This document shows positions 41,149-56,711 of a DNA stretch of 64,000 bases, piece by piece; the first letter of the stretch is position 1; each line of letters opens with the position of its first letter. Both the position numbers and the translations under genes were made by a program. The notes beneath the pieces were generated by a model, which saw only the letters and a program-made list of their open reading frames with translations, made no database searches and had not been told where the DNA came from. Where the stretch lies: positions 234,360-298,359 of the forward strand of contig NW_005434596.1 of assembly GCF_000315625.1 (NCBI RefSeq). Reading direction: 5' to 3'. This DNA comes from Guillardia theta CCMP2712 (Eukaryota > Protista > Cryptophyta).

Positions 41149-43215
41149 ATGAGATGCTTTCCTACCACCGAGTGGAAGCACAACCCATTAAGCGCCCGCG
41201 AGCATGGTGCCCATGCCAGTGTGGAGGAAGACTGGCTCCTGACAGAGCAGCTGCAAGGGAAGAGGAAGACATACGCGTCGTCCTATGACGCCTCCTTCAT
41301 CTTCGAACAACTTTGGAAGAAGAGGTTTTACGATCACAAGGGAAGGAAGATCCTACCGAGGAGCTGTCCGGAAGTGAGGATTCCTGATACTGTGATCTTT
41401 AGAGGAGGATTTCCTGTGCAGTGGTACTTCCATTCCAAAGTGGACGGGAGGTTATTGAGGAAAAGGGTGGAGTCGATCACGGCACCGAGCATCCTTGAGG
41501 TGTTTCTTGATGGGGGGCAGGAGGAGAGCAGTATAGTTGCGCAGTTTATAGGGATGCACAAGAAGAACAACAAGGTCATCAACAACATCGTTTACTTCGA
41601 CAGCAAGAGCTTGCAGAAATTCCTGTTGGGGGAGAGCTATGCGATCGACGGCTTCTTGCAGAGGTTTGTGGATGTTGAGCAGGAGATGTTCGACTTCCCC
41701 CATCACAACGTGACGATCTATAGCACCTGGTCTCAGTATGCCTGCAAGGCAGAGCACAGAGTGAGCAAGGTGAGGATGGACTCTGGCAAGCACCGCATGA
41801 CAGAGAAGTTGGACATCAGTCCCACCAAGGTTGACGTCGAGCCCATTTCCAGCAGCACACGGTTACACAAGAAGATCGCGCGGCTGTGCCATGTCATCGC
41901 CGACCACATCCGAGCAACTTCGAACGACAGCACTGAGGTCACCAACATGACTTGCTACTTCAAGATCGGAGCTCGCAAGAGGCTCTGGCTCCTTTGGGTC
42001 AGTTCCATCGCGGTCGGCGCCAAGTTCCAGGACGCGTTCGGGTACATACAGTCCCTCAAGACTTTCACAGGAAGACACTCGCCCGAGCTCGTGTGCTCTG
42101 AGTTCGTTGGCGCGATCGACTACCGCGCCATTCACGAGAGCAAGCCGGAGGCGATATCCTCCTGCGCGCTGTGCAACGTGACGCAGGAGGAGAACAACGA
42201 CTGTGCCTCGTACGCGATCTCATACCAGATGCTGTCCAAGTACGTCCAGAGGCAGCGGGAGAAGTGGATGGAGGAGAACCAGGAGCTGAGCATCAGCTCT
42301 CAGGTGGAGGAGGAATGGGGTCATGGAGACGCTCTGCTTGCCAACGTGAGGGTGCGAGCGAAGACGATCTTCACTTGCCTCAACGTCCTCTCGTCCAAGA
42401 GCATGGAGGAGTCCCAGCTCTGGTGGGGCCTCTTCGACCTCGGGTTTGAGCAGGCCGAGGTGGAGATGCTCTTCCAGCAGGTCGCTGAGCTGAGAAGGGA
42501 GAGAGGAGACAGACCGCCCCTCGGCAGCCATGGCGATACTGGAGGAGAGGGCAGGAGCAGCGCTGCTCTCGTGTCCTTGGACGAATTCGAGCATGCGCTG
42601 TCCAAGCTCGTCTTCTCGCTACCCAAGGAGCGAGGGCTCGTCCTAACCCGCAGCGCAGATAAGAGGCTGGAGATCGATGGGATGGACGACACTGCCCAGA
42701 GCGTCGGCTCGTCGGAGGACGGGAGCAAGGTCGGGGCCCACAGGAAGGATGCTTCAAGGGCGGAGGCCAGGAAGCAGGACCAGCGCGCCCTCGTGCGGAA
42801 CCTGCCGAACCTGGCGATGCGGCTGAGGGGTCGCATCAGTTTCAGCGACCTGCGGAAGATCCTCTACTCGAGCTCGCTCGACAGCGACGCCGGCGCCAAG
42901 AAGATCTGGGTGTGCAGGAGCTGCGCCATGGCGTTCAACAAGGACGCGCGGGAGATGTTCGAGTGGAGCGAGGCTGTGCATGGGGAGAGGCTGCGAGTGC
43001 AGGCCAAGAGAAAGTTCAAGATGCTACAGCAGCTCGACGAGCTGACGGACGCCCGTCTGCCGCACAGCTACCCCCTCCGAGAGCTCCCTGCCCTCTGCAC
43101 CCCCCGCATGTACGAGGCTCTGCACTCGCACGCTTCCAGGGCGAGCAGGCCGGCGATCCCGCGAGGCGATACGGGAAGGAGCCTGTGGAGACAGAGGACT
43201 AGCGAGTCAAGGTAA
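41149..43215 (+). CDS. Hypothetical protein with a degenerate ATP-grasp-like N-terminal domain; probably continues in downstream exons
   Basis: 688-aa ORF: IPDTVIF...WYF, DGFLQRFV, YFKIGARKRLWLLWVS; CALC...CRSC pair; GTAAGA donor at 43212. Confidence 0.65.
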   Translation: MRCFPTTEWKHNPLSAREHGAHASVEEDWLLTEQLQGKRKTYASSYDASFIFEQLWKKRFYDHKGRKILPRSCPEVRIPDTVIFRGGFPVQWYFHSKVDGRLLRKRVESITAPSILEVFLDGGQEESSIVAQFIGMHKKNNKVINNIVYFDSKSLQKFLLGESYAIDGFLQRFVDVEQEMFDFPHHNVTIYSTWSQYACKAEHRVSKVRMDSGKHRMTEKLDISPTKVDVEPISSSTRLHKKIARLCHVIADHIRATSNDSTEVTNMTCYFKIGARKRLWLLWVSSIAVGAKFQDAFGYIQSLKTFTGRHSPELVCSEFVGAIDYRAIHESKPEAISSCALCNVTQEENNDCASYAISYQMLSKYVQRQREKWMEENQELSISSQVEEEWGHGDALLANVRVRAKTIFTCLNVLSSKSMEESQLWWGLFDLGFEQAEVEMLFQQVAELRRERGDRPPLGSHGDTGGEGRSSAALVSLDEFEHALSKLVFSLPKERGLVLTRSADKRLEIDGMDDTAQSVGSSEDGSKVGAHRKDASRAEARKQDQRALVRNLPNLAMRLRGRISFSDLRKILYSSSLDSDAGAKKIWVCRSCAMAFNKDAREMFEWSEAVHGERLRVQAKRKFKMLQQLDELTDARLPHSYPLRELPALCTPRMYEALHSHASRASRPAIPRGDTGRSLWRQRTSESR

Positions 43216-43836
43216 GAGGAGGGAGCGGGGGTAGAGGTCTGATACCGCATGCTCCCCAGCAAAACCGATCAATCCAGAGGACTGCCAGCCATCGGGTTGT
43301 CGGCTCAGGATGTGAATCGCATGAAGACTTCGGAGCTGGTGGGTTGAGGAGGAGGGGGAGGGAGGAGGAGGAGGGGGAGGGAAGGAGAGGGAGGGAGAAG
43401 GAGGAGGGGAGGAAGGGGGAGGAAGGAAGGGAGGAGAGGAGGGAGGAGAGGAGGAGGAGGGGAAGGAGAGGGAGGGAGAAGGAGGAGGGGGAGGAAGAAG
43501 GAGGAGAGGGAGGGGGAGAGGGAAGGGGGAAGGAGGAGAAGTGCAGGTCAGAAGAGAGGGAGCACGAGGGTGGACGAAGGAAGGGGGAGAAGAGGAGGAA
43601 AGAGATGGAGTGGGTGAGACGACGGAAGTCAGAGGAGGAAGAGGAGGTCGGGAAAGGGGCAGGGGAGGGGTGGGATGCTAACAAGGGTGTACAGGAAGAC
43701 ATCATGAACAAGCTCGGGTTGACCCCTCGTCGGCCGCAGCCGCTTGAGAGGAAACCGACGCTGAAACAGTCGAGAAGTATGAAACTTTTTCTTGATGCAT
43801 GAAGAAAAATTCTTGCGCCCCAGCAGTCCACCCACC

Positions 43837-44997
43837 TCACTTTCCCAGCTGAAGTTTGTGGGCCACCACACAGCTGGTGCTGAGCACGAAATCAGATGCG
43901 AGCAGAAGCTCTCGAGTTCCACCTGCAGTACTTGAACCCCAGCCTCTCGAAGGGCGCGCTGCTGGCCTTGACCTTGCACATCCTGCTGGGGAGTGAGCGA
44001 GTGGGAAGAGGATGAGGAGGCAGAGGAGGTCACAAAACGAGGACAAGGACAAGGACAAGGACAAAGACGAGGACGAGGACAAGGACCAGGACGAGGACAA
44101 GGGCGAGGACAAGGACAAGGACAAGGACGAGGACGAGGACAAGGACGAGGACAAGGACAAGGACAAGGAGCGGGAGATCTTACTCGCACTCGAACTCGGG
44201 ATGCTTGCTCGTCACGCCCAGCCGACGTTCAGCTGCAAGCGCTCGCAGCTCACGGTCACTGAGTTTGACCTGAGACTGGAAGGAGAGTGAGGGGGAGGAA
44301 AGAGGTGAGGGGGACGAGGGAGAACACCTCTTGTACAGCACGATTCTTCTCTTCCTCCTCCTTCTTCTGCTTCGCCTGCTCCTTCTTTCTGCGCTGCTAG
44401 AGAGTGAAAGGAATAAAGGTGACAGCGGATGGAAAACCTCCTGCTCTTTCTTCCGCTGCTTCTCCTTCTCCTTCTTCTCTGCAGCTGCAAGACGGTAACG
44501 GCCATGTACAGAGGAAAGGAAGAGGAGGGCAGGGGAGGCAGGGGAGGGAGGGGAGAAGGAGAACAACCTTTCTGTTTCTGCTGCTCCTCCATCTCGATCG
44601 TGAGCATGCTCGGAATCTGAAAGAGGAAGTGATCAGAGGAGATAAAAGTCAGAGCGGAAAGAATTCTGGAAGGAAAGGCAGTGAAGTTACTCAAGTGAGG
44701 AGACACGACAAAGAAAAGTCATCTCACAAGTGCAAACAGTGACTTTCTGCGGGTGAGGAGGAAAATCACAAGACGATGAGGAGGAGAAAAGGAGCATAGC
44801 GTATGAGAAACGTGCCATGTCGCCGAGCTAACCTGCGACTTTGAGTAATCCCACTTGTCGGGTTCAGAGGCCCAGAATCTGACAAGGACAAAAACTATCA
44901 GAGCTCAGATCTTTCACTCTTCTCTTCCCTTGAGTTCCTCCTCCTGCTTCTGCTCCTGCTCCTGTTTCTGCTCCTCCTCCTGCTCTCGCTCCTGCTT

Positions 44998-45032
<35 letters not shown>

Positions 45033-45845
45033 TCTTCTCCTCCTCCTCGTCCTGCTTCTCCTCCTTCTCGTCCTCTGTTCAAGCTCTTGCCTCACCTGCG
45101 GAAGGCATCCCGCTCCTCCTTGCCCTTGCAGAGCTCGTAGGGGACCTGAGAAGAACCATCTGAGTCAGACAAGATGAGGTGAAGAGAAAAGAAGAGGGGA
45201 GGAGGGGAGGGGGAGAGGAAACGCGAGTTGGGCAGGATAGAGGAGGCAAAGGTAGAGTGGAGCAGAGGAGGGGAGGGAAGGGCAGGACAAGGAGGGGAGG
45301 GGAGAAAAGGGGATGTAGAGGGCAGAAGGGGAGAGGAGAGAAGGAGATGCAGAGGGCAGCAGGAGAGGGGAGAGGGCAGGCTAGCTTCAACCTTGCCGGA
45401 TCCGTCTCGTTGGGTTGGATCGGCGCCGAGAGAGAGCAAGAAAGAGACCTGGTGCAACTTGTCAGGGCTGAACCAGACTTGACAGGTTTGACCATGCGAG
45501 CATGGCCGGCGAGGGAAGCACAATGGAGGGGAGAACGACGGTTAACAGGCTCAATGACGTTGATAGCGCTCTCATCTGCGTTCCTTAGGTCAACGGGCCA
45601 CAAGGTTGACTCTTTGAAGATGAATTTTCAAAACCAAGGAGGAGATTTTGTGGGGAGTGAGGAATTTTGCCGTGGAGGTTTGAATCTTGCCAGAGGCGGA
45701 GCTTCTTACCTTGATGGACTAAAGCTCTGATCGCAGGTTCGTCCCTCTGACCCGCGAATTCATAAAGATTGCCAGCCACCACCACCACCACAACCACTTC
45801 CTCCTCCGCCTCCACCTCCACCACCTCCATCTCCTCCTCCTCCTC

Positions 45846-45876
<31 letters not shown>

Positions 45877-48356
45877 TCCACCACCACCACCACCACCATC
45901 ATCATCATCTCCACCACCACCACCACCACCACCATCATTATCACATCGTCATCACCACCACCTCCTCCTCCTCCACCGCCCTCAGTCTGCATGCATCTCC
46001 ATCAAACACCCCACACCTTGGAGACGAGAGAGAAGATAGCAGGTTCATTCAGTCTTTCCTCCTCCACAGACCTTGTCCCAGTCAGCCTTCAACCACCTCC
46101 ACCTTCACCGCCAACTTGCACCTCGTGGCAACAGCAGCCGCTGGAGCAGGAGGAGCTTTCTTCACTCTCACCTTGCGCACCATCACCTGCCTTCGAACCT
46201 CCGACACCTCCTGCAGGCTCTGCCACCAAGTCGTCACGCCAGGCTTGAAGGAGCAAGACCATGATGATGCAGACCATGATGATGTGGTGGACTCGATCGA
46301 CTTCTTTGAGGACGGGGCGTCTTGTAGGAAACGGAACTGACGTCTCACTCAGCAACCGCAAACAAGAAGGTGTTGGGACCATGACGGATCCTTGGGTCGT
46401 CCTTCCTGACCACCTGACAACCGAAGATGGAGTTCCTGTTGACGATGCCGGGAGCAAAGACGAAGATCAACAAGCAATCGTCCAAGTCTGCGGATAGAGT
46501 CAGGGAAGTCATGGGAGGAAGCGATGGAGAAAGGTACCCTGTTTCCACGATGACAGCAAGTCAGAGATGTCTTTTTCGAGCATCTGCTCGTTGTATCTCC
46601 TCAAGCTGATATCAAACCATTTCATCGTCACTCTCATCATCATCACAAGTGGGTGGAAAGGAAACCTTGACCCTGCTGACTTGGGCACGCTCGATCCCCC
46701 CATTGCGTCTCTTGTAGCCTGATAACGACAAGTGAGAAAGCAGGAGAGGAGAGGACAACAAAGACGAGATGAGACAGAGAGCAAGCAGAAGCATTCTTCC
46801 CCTCTTTGTCTTCTTGTCTTTACCTGCCTTGTTCCAGCTTTGGCACGGATGACATATCTATCGATGTATTGATGAGCAACAACATGGACAAAGTTACTTT
46901 GATGTAAGAGACCTTTGAAATGTCTTGTGGCGCAAACATTCGTCTCCTTTGTAGATCTGACCATCAGGTTAGTCAAACAGCTCAAGTCTCCTTGCAGCAC
47001 CCTACACAGGCTGCAAAATGTCCTCCACTGGCGAACAAGTATGCAATCTTTTCAAAGCTCTAAGTTATGACATTGCGGAGGCAAACAAAACGACCTTTCG
47101 CTTTCGGAGCTCAATCAGCAGTTCCCCAATATTCACATCCTGGCAAGTGGCACATCAAGAGAGGAAGGAAGGTGACAACATCAGGCTTGCCTCCTGATCT
47201 TCTCCTCCCTTGTTGACTGGGAGCAAGACACGAAAGATGCCAAGTTTCTGGTTCCCATACTCCTTGGCAAGGTTTTGGGGAAGGTCAACAGGTACGATGT
47301 TGGATCTTCATCAGTGGATGTCAGCATCCTCACCATGAGAACAATCTCACAACTTCTCCCATCTTCGTTCTGCCTCCTCGTCCTCTTCCCAGTCATCCTG
47401 CGAAATCCCCATCTCTCGCTATCAAAACCATCAGCATGGCGGTCTACCCCCTAGGCGCAGACCTGAGCCTGCAGAAGCTCTCGCAGCTCCTCCTCCTGCC
47501 AACGAAGCTGACTCATCATGCTGACACCACACGGGTGCCTCCTCCTCTCCTCACATCGTCCTCCGAGTACTCGCTCTCTGATCCGGAGCTGCTCTCTGCG
47601 TCCTGCCCATGGCTAGTCAAGAAACAACCGCCCGCCTCGTGCATCGCGACCTGAAGCTCGTCCGACAGCTTTTTGAACTCTTCTTCATCCACAGCATCAA
47701 GGCCGCGGGTGATCCGAATCAGGTTGAAGCGATGCCAGCCGCTCTTATAGTGATCTGCAAGCTCTTCTCTGCCATGAATCGTTCACTATGTGTGCTTGCG
47801 CTTTGTTTTGATCTGACTTGCAACCTTTTCACTCTCCTGTTCCTTCCAGTCCCTCACTACTTCTACCCCCACCCCACTCTTCTCCCTATTCTTCCCTCTC
47901 CCCTCCCCTGTTCTCCCTATCCCGCCCCCCCCTCATTTCCCTTGCTGTCGCATCTGGAGCCTTACCTCGTGGCAAACACTACACCAGGAGCTGTCCTGGA
48001 GGTTATGCCGGCGCTGGTCTCGTCGTCCCCATCATCTGCTCACACGATCAGATCCCCAGCGAGGCAACAGGAGCACAGGCTCCTACTAGCTTCTGCATCT
48101 GTTACACCTTCCCTCCTCCACTTCTCCTCTCCCTCTGCTTCGCAAACCACCCTCACAATCCACAAACTGTACAGAAATCGCAGACCCACACACCTTTCTT
48201 GGCTCCAGTTTGAGCAGATCCATGGCTGTCGTGCGCTCCGATCTCTCCCATTCCCTCCCTCCCTTCCTCTCTCATCTCTTCCTCCTGCCATGGCTTCTCA
48301 TCGCGCCGGCGTATCAGCGCCGCATCCTCCTCCCGCATCGCCAGGAACGAGCGCAT
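43837..48356 (-). CDS. ANKZF1: ANKZF1/Vms1 (ribosome quality control tRNA endonuclease/release factor), multi-exon
   Basis: HYKSGWHRFNL zinc-finger half; VLRF1 loop RYVIRAKAGTRQ|ATRDA...KSAGS|SLRRYNE; ankyrin SPLHCASLAGH...LLSLGADPTQRD; W..EPDKWDY; C-terminal treble clef PFERLGFKYC|STSCVVAH. Confidence 0.88.
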
Positions 48357-48821
48357 GGCAGGATCCCTACAAAAAGTGTGGTGCACTGGGGGTGGAAACG
48401 GTAACTAAATACTTTACTCAACAATCTTTACTCAACAACCTGGCTCTAGATTTGGCAGGACCTCATGTAAATATCTTAGAAGCCCACTTAGAGAATCAGC
48501 CACCTTGACCAGGGTACCCAAAGGGAAGTTTCAGAACTCGCATCCAAAAAATAGGATGCATTTATACTTTGTATTTGATCAAATCAAGTTTAGGAGGATC
48601 ATTTCAAAAATAAACTCAAAACTAGCCTGAAAGGTGAAGGGAGCTTTGACAGGTTTGATCTTTGCGATATGATACCGAACACAGGGCGCAGAGTAGAAGA
48701 GGAGGAGCAGTAGGAAGAGGAGGAGGAGGAGGAGGAGGAGGAGGAGAAGGAGGAGGAGGAGGAGGAGGAGAAGGTGAAGCAGGGAGATCAACAAGTGACT
48801 GAGCTATCGCAACCATTTGAG

Positions 48822-51990
<3,169 letters not shown>

Positions 51991-52276
51991 GGTGGAATGG
52001 AGGAGGAGGAGCGGGTTTCACAGGAGGAGCTGGCAGAGGGAGGAGGAGGAGGAAGAGGAGGAGGAGGAGGAGAAGGTAATGGGAATGTAGCCTTGTGAAA
52101 TGTTGTGCAAGGATGAGTTGGAACAATCCAATTGTTGCTCCTCATCCCCGCCCCTCTCCATCTCCTCTCACCCGCTTCATCCCCATCCCCATCCCACAAC
52201 GAGACTTCACTATCACAAGTGTTCACTCATTCATAAATTCATCCTCCTCCTCCTCCGTTCCTTGTTCTTCTTCTCT

Positions 52277-53710
52277 TCACCCCTCCTCCTTCTGCGACAG
52301 CAGATGCAGCAGCTCCAGGTCAGGAGGAGCCATCCTCCTCGCGAACAGGAGGAACTCTTTCCTCTTTCTCTCCCCAGCTCCGCTCACCGCCTCTGACAGA
52401 TCCACCACCTGCCCAGAGTAGCAGCATCCTCGCCTTGTCACCGTCATGCTCGCTGTGCTGTAAACCTGCATGCGACTACGGAACGACTGCAAGAGGTACA
52501 CGCTCACCCTCTTCATCCTCACCTCAGTCACCCTCACTCCTTCCTCCTCCCATCCCCCGTGCGCCACGTACCCCATCCAGGTCCCCGCATGCGAGGGGTG
52601 AGGGTACGGCGTCCCATCTAGCTTGATCCTGAACGCCTCCTCCCACTCAGTCTGCAGCTCCCCCACGCGGGGAGGAAGTCTCATCCTCAAGTGCGCGAAC
52701 GCGCAGGGGATCTGCTCATGGTTGAAGTCGAGAACTAAGTGCAGCTGCAGCATCTTCATCATCGCTCTGCCCTCGCTCCCTCCCTCCTCCTTGACGTACA
52801 GCTGGATACCCTCCCTCACACCCTCCTGCGCCAGGAGCCTGGCGAGTGCCGCGTCCATGAGCGCCGATCCGGTCCCGAAGCAGCGGATGAAGCTTTCCTC
52901 AACCTCCCAGGGGAAGCAGGAGGAGGAAAGCTCGTCCATCTCAAAGATCCCGCTCAGCCGCATCATCGTCTGCTTATCCCACTGCGAGCTCACCGGCTCC
53001 TCCCCCTCCTGCGCAGGATGGCGGCGGAAGAAGAGGAACGCGAACCCTCCGGCCTCGTTTCCCTCCACGTCCAGGTACTCGGCGTTCATCCCGCTGCTCG
53101 ACGTCAATAGGAAGCGCAGACAAGCTTGCGCCCCTCCCTCCATTCTGAGCTGCCGCTCGAACTCCGCCATGACATGCGCATCACCAGGGAGGATGAAAGT
53201 CTGCAGGTACTGCCCGATGGGGCTCGGGAGGGAGGGGAGGCAGAGCTGTCGCTGCAGCTTGCTGCTCATCGCGACGATCTGCATGTCTCGCATGCTCACG
53301 ACTGCCATGGGGCAGGAGGAGCAGGACAGCAGCCCCTCTTTCATCTCCACCTCGCCCAACTCGTCTCCCTGCTTCAGCGGCTCCCTGCTGCTGTCGTAGC
53401 CCGATGGCAGGGTCGGGCTGCAGAGGATGCTCTTCATGTGCACCTGCAGGTCCTCTAGAAGCTGCAGCACAGTCCTCCTCGACCCTAGCTTCCCTCCGTC
53501 TGGCCTCTGCCGCACTGGTACCAGGGCATCGAGCCTTTGGTGCAGCTCCTTCGTTCGCATCCTCTGGTACTGCTTGTTCAGCCTCTTCTGTATGTTGTCC
53601 TCCTTCTTCACCACCACGCTCTCCGTCCCCTGCTCTCGCTGCTTCGCATGCTCCTCCTCCCCTCGGGGACAGGCAGTCTCCTGCGGGGAGTCGGGACCTC
53701 GATGGCTCAT
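52277..53710 (-). CDS. bHLH-like transcription factor with a PAS-like segment and an unknown C-terminal domain
   Basis: KRLNKQYQRMRTKELHQRLDALVP...RRTVLQLLEDL (basic-HLH pattern), then MAVVSMRDMQIVAMS...IGQYLQTFILPGD (PAS-like). Start assumed at MSHRG. Confidence 0.6.
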   Translation of the reverse strand: MSHRGPDSPQETACPRGEEEHAKQREQGTESVVVKKEDNIQKRLNKQYQRMRTKELHQRLDALVPVRQRPDGGKLGSRRTVLQLLEDLQVHMKSILCSPTLPSGYDSSREPLKQGDELGEVEMKEGLLSCSSCPMAVVSMRDMQIVAMSSKLQRQLCLPSLPSPIGQYLQTFILPGDAHVMAEFERQLRMEGGAQACLRFLLTSSSGMNAEYLDVEGNEAGGFAFLFFRRHPAQEGEEPVSSQWDKQTMMRLSGIFEMDELSSSCFPWEVEESFIRCFGTGSALMDAALARLLAQEGVREGIQLYVKEEGGSEGRAMMKMLQLHLVLDFNHEQIPCAFAHLRMRLPPRVGELQTEWEEAFRIKLDGTPYPHPSHAGTWMGYVAHGGWEEEGVRVTEVRMKRVSVYLLQSFRSRMQVYSTASMTVTRRGCCYSGQVVDLSEAVSGAGERKRKEFLLFARRMAPPDLELLHLLSQKEEG

Positions 53711-54274
53711 CGAGCCTCTTCCTCCTAACTCGTCATGGTCAACTTGACGAAACTCTGAAGGCTGGGGTAGGAGGCTGCCGACTTGATCCTTGAACAGACA
53801 AGAAGGATGGCCGGACTTCACCCCCCATGTCTCGCAGCTCCGCCTCGAGGATCTGGGAACTTGGTCAGCAACCTCCGTCAAGACGTACACCATCACATGG
53901 CAGACAGCTACTTGGAACATGGGCCGATGACCTAACCTACGTGCCCTTGACAACACTTGCAAACAAGATCGACAGCGAGTGAATTTCGCGTTGGCCTCCT
54001 GCTGTAAATTCCTCCAGACAATCTTTCATGCACGCGACATTTACAGCCCCGTCATCGTCTGTGAGCGATTCCTTGCCCATTTTGCAGAATCATGTTGTAC
54101 GCTATCTCTCATTCCTATTGGTTAAGATTTGTGTTGCTCCAAAATGACAATTCCATCCATCCTTGCGCTGCTCTTCTCTTTCCTCCCTATGATCATTGCT
54201 CCCTCCCACAATGCCACATAGCTCTCCTATTCTTCTTCAATCCATCCAATCCACCATATGTTTCCCCTTCCAAA

Positions 54275-54321
<47 letters not shown>

Positions 54322-55619
54322 ATCCTGATCCTGCTCCTGCTCCTGCCCTCGATGCTACTGCTCCTCCTGCTCCTGCAGTTGCGCTATGCCATAGCCACAC
54401 ACTCCAAGTACCAGCATTTGCAGGACCTGGCGTCTGTGTACAAGACAGTCAAAAACTAAAAGATTATAGAATTTGTTACTACCGAGACGGTCGGTCGATA
54501 CATTTCGATACCTCAATGATTCATCCTACAAGTATATTTGAGTTAAAACTCAAACCCCCGTTTCGCCATCTTCCCTTGGAACACTCATGTCCTCCTGCAT
54601 ACACAGGGGATTCGAAACCCCCACCTCACCAAATTGTACCCCTACCCCCTCAATAAACAGAACAATCGATCGTACCCCACCTTTCCTGAATAAAAACTGT
54701 GTCTGGAACCCAGCGTTCCCCTATGTAGTGTTCCCCTATCTACAAGTACCCTTGAAAAAGATACCCCTACCCCCAAGAAGTCGGAACTCCGAGCCCATTA
54801 CGACCCTGACCCCCATTTTACGAGTGGTCAGCCAATACGTACCTGTCTGAAAATGTTTTTGAAAGCACGTACCAAGTTGCGAAACCAGAACTTATCGATT
54901 ACTCCTCCTTCTGAAAATCTTGAGATGTTCTAAGTATGCAGCGTTTCAGAAACTCATTATTTGAAAAGGAAGGGTTTCGAATAATACTTTAGAACGTATT
55001 ATTCGTTACGAGAACCGTTACTTTGGTACTGTAATGTTCCAGGAGGTGAAAACCACGACCATGGGCGATGGAGAGCAAGTGGAGGGGAGGCAGCTGAAGG
55101 AGGAAGGCCAAAGACGAGGGATCAGCTGAAGGAGGAAGGCCAAAGATCGGAGGCGAATGACCCGACCAAAGAGCTGATGGAGGATCTTGAGGAGCCTGCT
55201 GCCAGGAGACAGCGAATGGCACGCGACGCGGAAAATGAGAGAGACCGAGCGCTTCTACAACATCGAGACTGAAGCATCCCAGCTTGGGCTGGTCAAGCTC
55301 TCCCTCATAGAGAGCAAGAGACAAGCCTTCATCGCGAGAGCTAGGCTCAGGTCCTTCGCTGCCCCCTCGATCACTCGCCTTATCTGCTTCGACAGGCTGC
55401 TGTACACCTGCTCTGGGCTGATTTCCGGCAGCACATCGCATGTCTCCGGGTCTATCTATCCCGCAAAGTCTCACTTCTCGCTGTAGCACCAGACGTTGAT
55501 GATCATGATCGGACTGCCAGCGTCTTGACGGCCTCATAGTCGTCGATGTAGCAGCTCATCGTGTCTTCCATGGTGGTGATCAGCAACTCGTCTTCGTCTC
55601 CGCATGTCATACTTAATGG

Positions 55620-56216
55620 TTGCTCTCCCACAGGATCTGCTTCCTCCTTAGCAGGTCGGACGGCAAGACAATGCGGGTGTGGGATGTAGAGACGGAGGCG
55701 TGTCAGCTTGTCCTCAGAGGACACGAGGGATACTATGTGGCAGAAGACGGGAGGGCGCCGCGTCTACCTCTGACGGCGTTTGTCAAGTATGGACTCGATC
55801 TCAGGACGGCGGCTGTTTGCTTCCTCGACATGTGCTCAGTTCGTTTGAGAGATCCTTGCAGTGTGCTGGTTCTCGGATCGATCAGACAGACCTGCCGGAG
55901 AATGTCTGGCGGCTGCTGGAGATGGGAGGAGCGGTTGCAAGCCGACCCGGAGAATGTCTGGCGGCTGCTGGAGATGGGAGGAGCCGTTGCAAGCCGACCC
56001 GGAGAATGTCTGGCGGCTGCTGGAGATGGGAGGAGCCGTTGCAAGCCGACCCGGAGAATGTCTGGCGGCTGCTGGAGATGGGAGGAGCCGTTGCAAGCCG
56101 ACCCGTCTCACGGCCTGCGAAGCAGAAGAACAGCTGCTCTTGCCAGTAAGGACTGGGTGTGCAGGCACATAGGAGGGAGGGGGGCATGTTCATCAGCAGT
56201 GCCCCAGCCGGTCTGA
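55620..56216 (+). pseudogene. WD40-repeat relic interrupted by a tandem repeat
   Basis: SRSDGKTMRVWDVETEACQLVLRGHEG is one clear WD40 repeat; no complete propeller is visible. Confidence 0.5.
55895..56102 (+). repeat. Four head-to-tail copies of a 52-nt unit
   Basis: CCGGAGAATGTCTGGCGGCTGCTGGAGATGGGAGGAGCCGTTGCAAGCCGAC starting at 55895, 55947, 55999 and 56051; one mismatch in copy 1. Confidence 0.95.
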
Positions 56217-56711
56217 GATTACTTGCAGTTTCTCAGTTTGTTTCTTGCATGAGGCAGCGAGTGAGTGTAGTGGTGATATCATACCCAAGGTGAGGCCAGG
56301 GACAAGAGTCCCGGGGTGAAGTGAAGATACACAAGGAAGCATAGGAAGAGACCGAGATGCAGACAGATCTGATCTGCACTTGAAGCGAAGTAGACACGAG
56401 GACGTAGGTTGACAGTGTGCCATGTTCCCAAAGGCCTTGGAGCGTTGAGTGCCATGGCACTTTGATGGCGGTTGAGGGGACATCAAAGAGAGTGGGTCCG
56501 GCGGTAACGGTCTTTTAAAGTATTCACATGAGATAGTCGATCTCCTACTGGTCCGACTCGTTCATATGTACATCCCTGACCACACCCGTCAGCCTTCTCC
56601 TCCTTCACCCCTCGCAACAGTAATCCCGCCTCTCACAGTCAGGGGCTACAGCTTTGCTCGCGCATCGACCTCTCAGCTCACATCAAGGAAGGGCATCAGC
56701 TACACTTGCAC

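Noticed and set aside
55895-56102. Possible CRISPR array
   Set aside because: Units are head-to-tail with no unique spacers; eukaryotic context with no cas genes.
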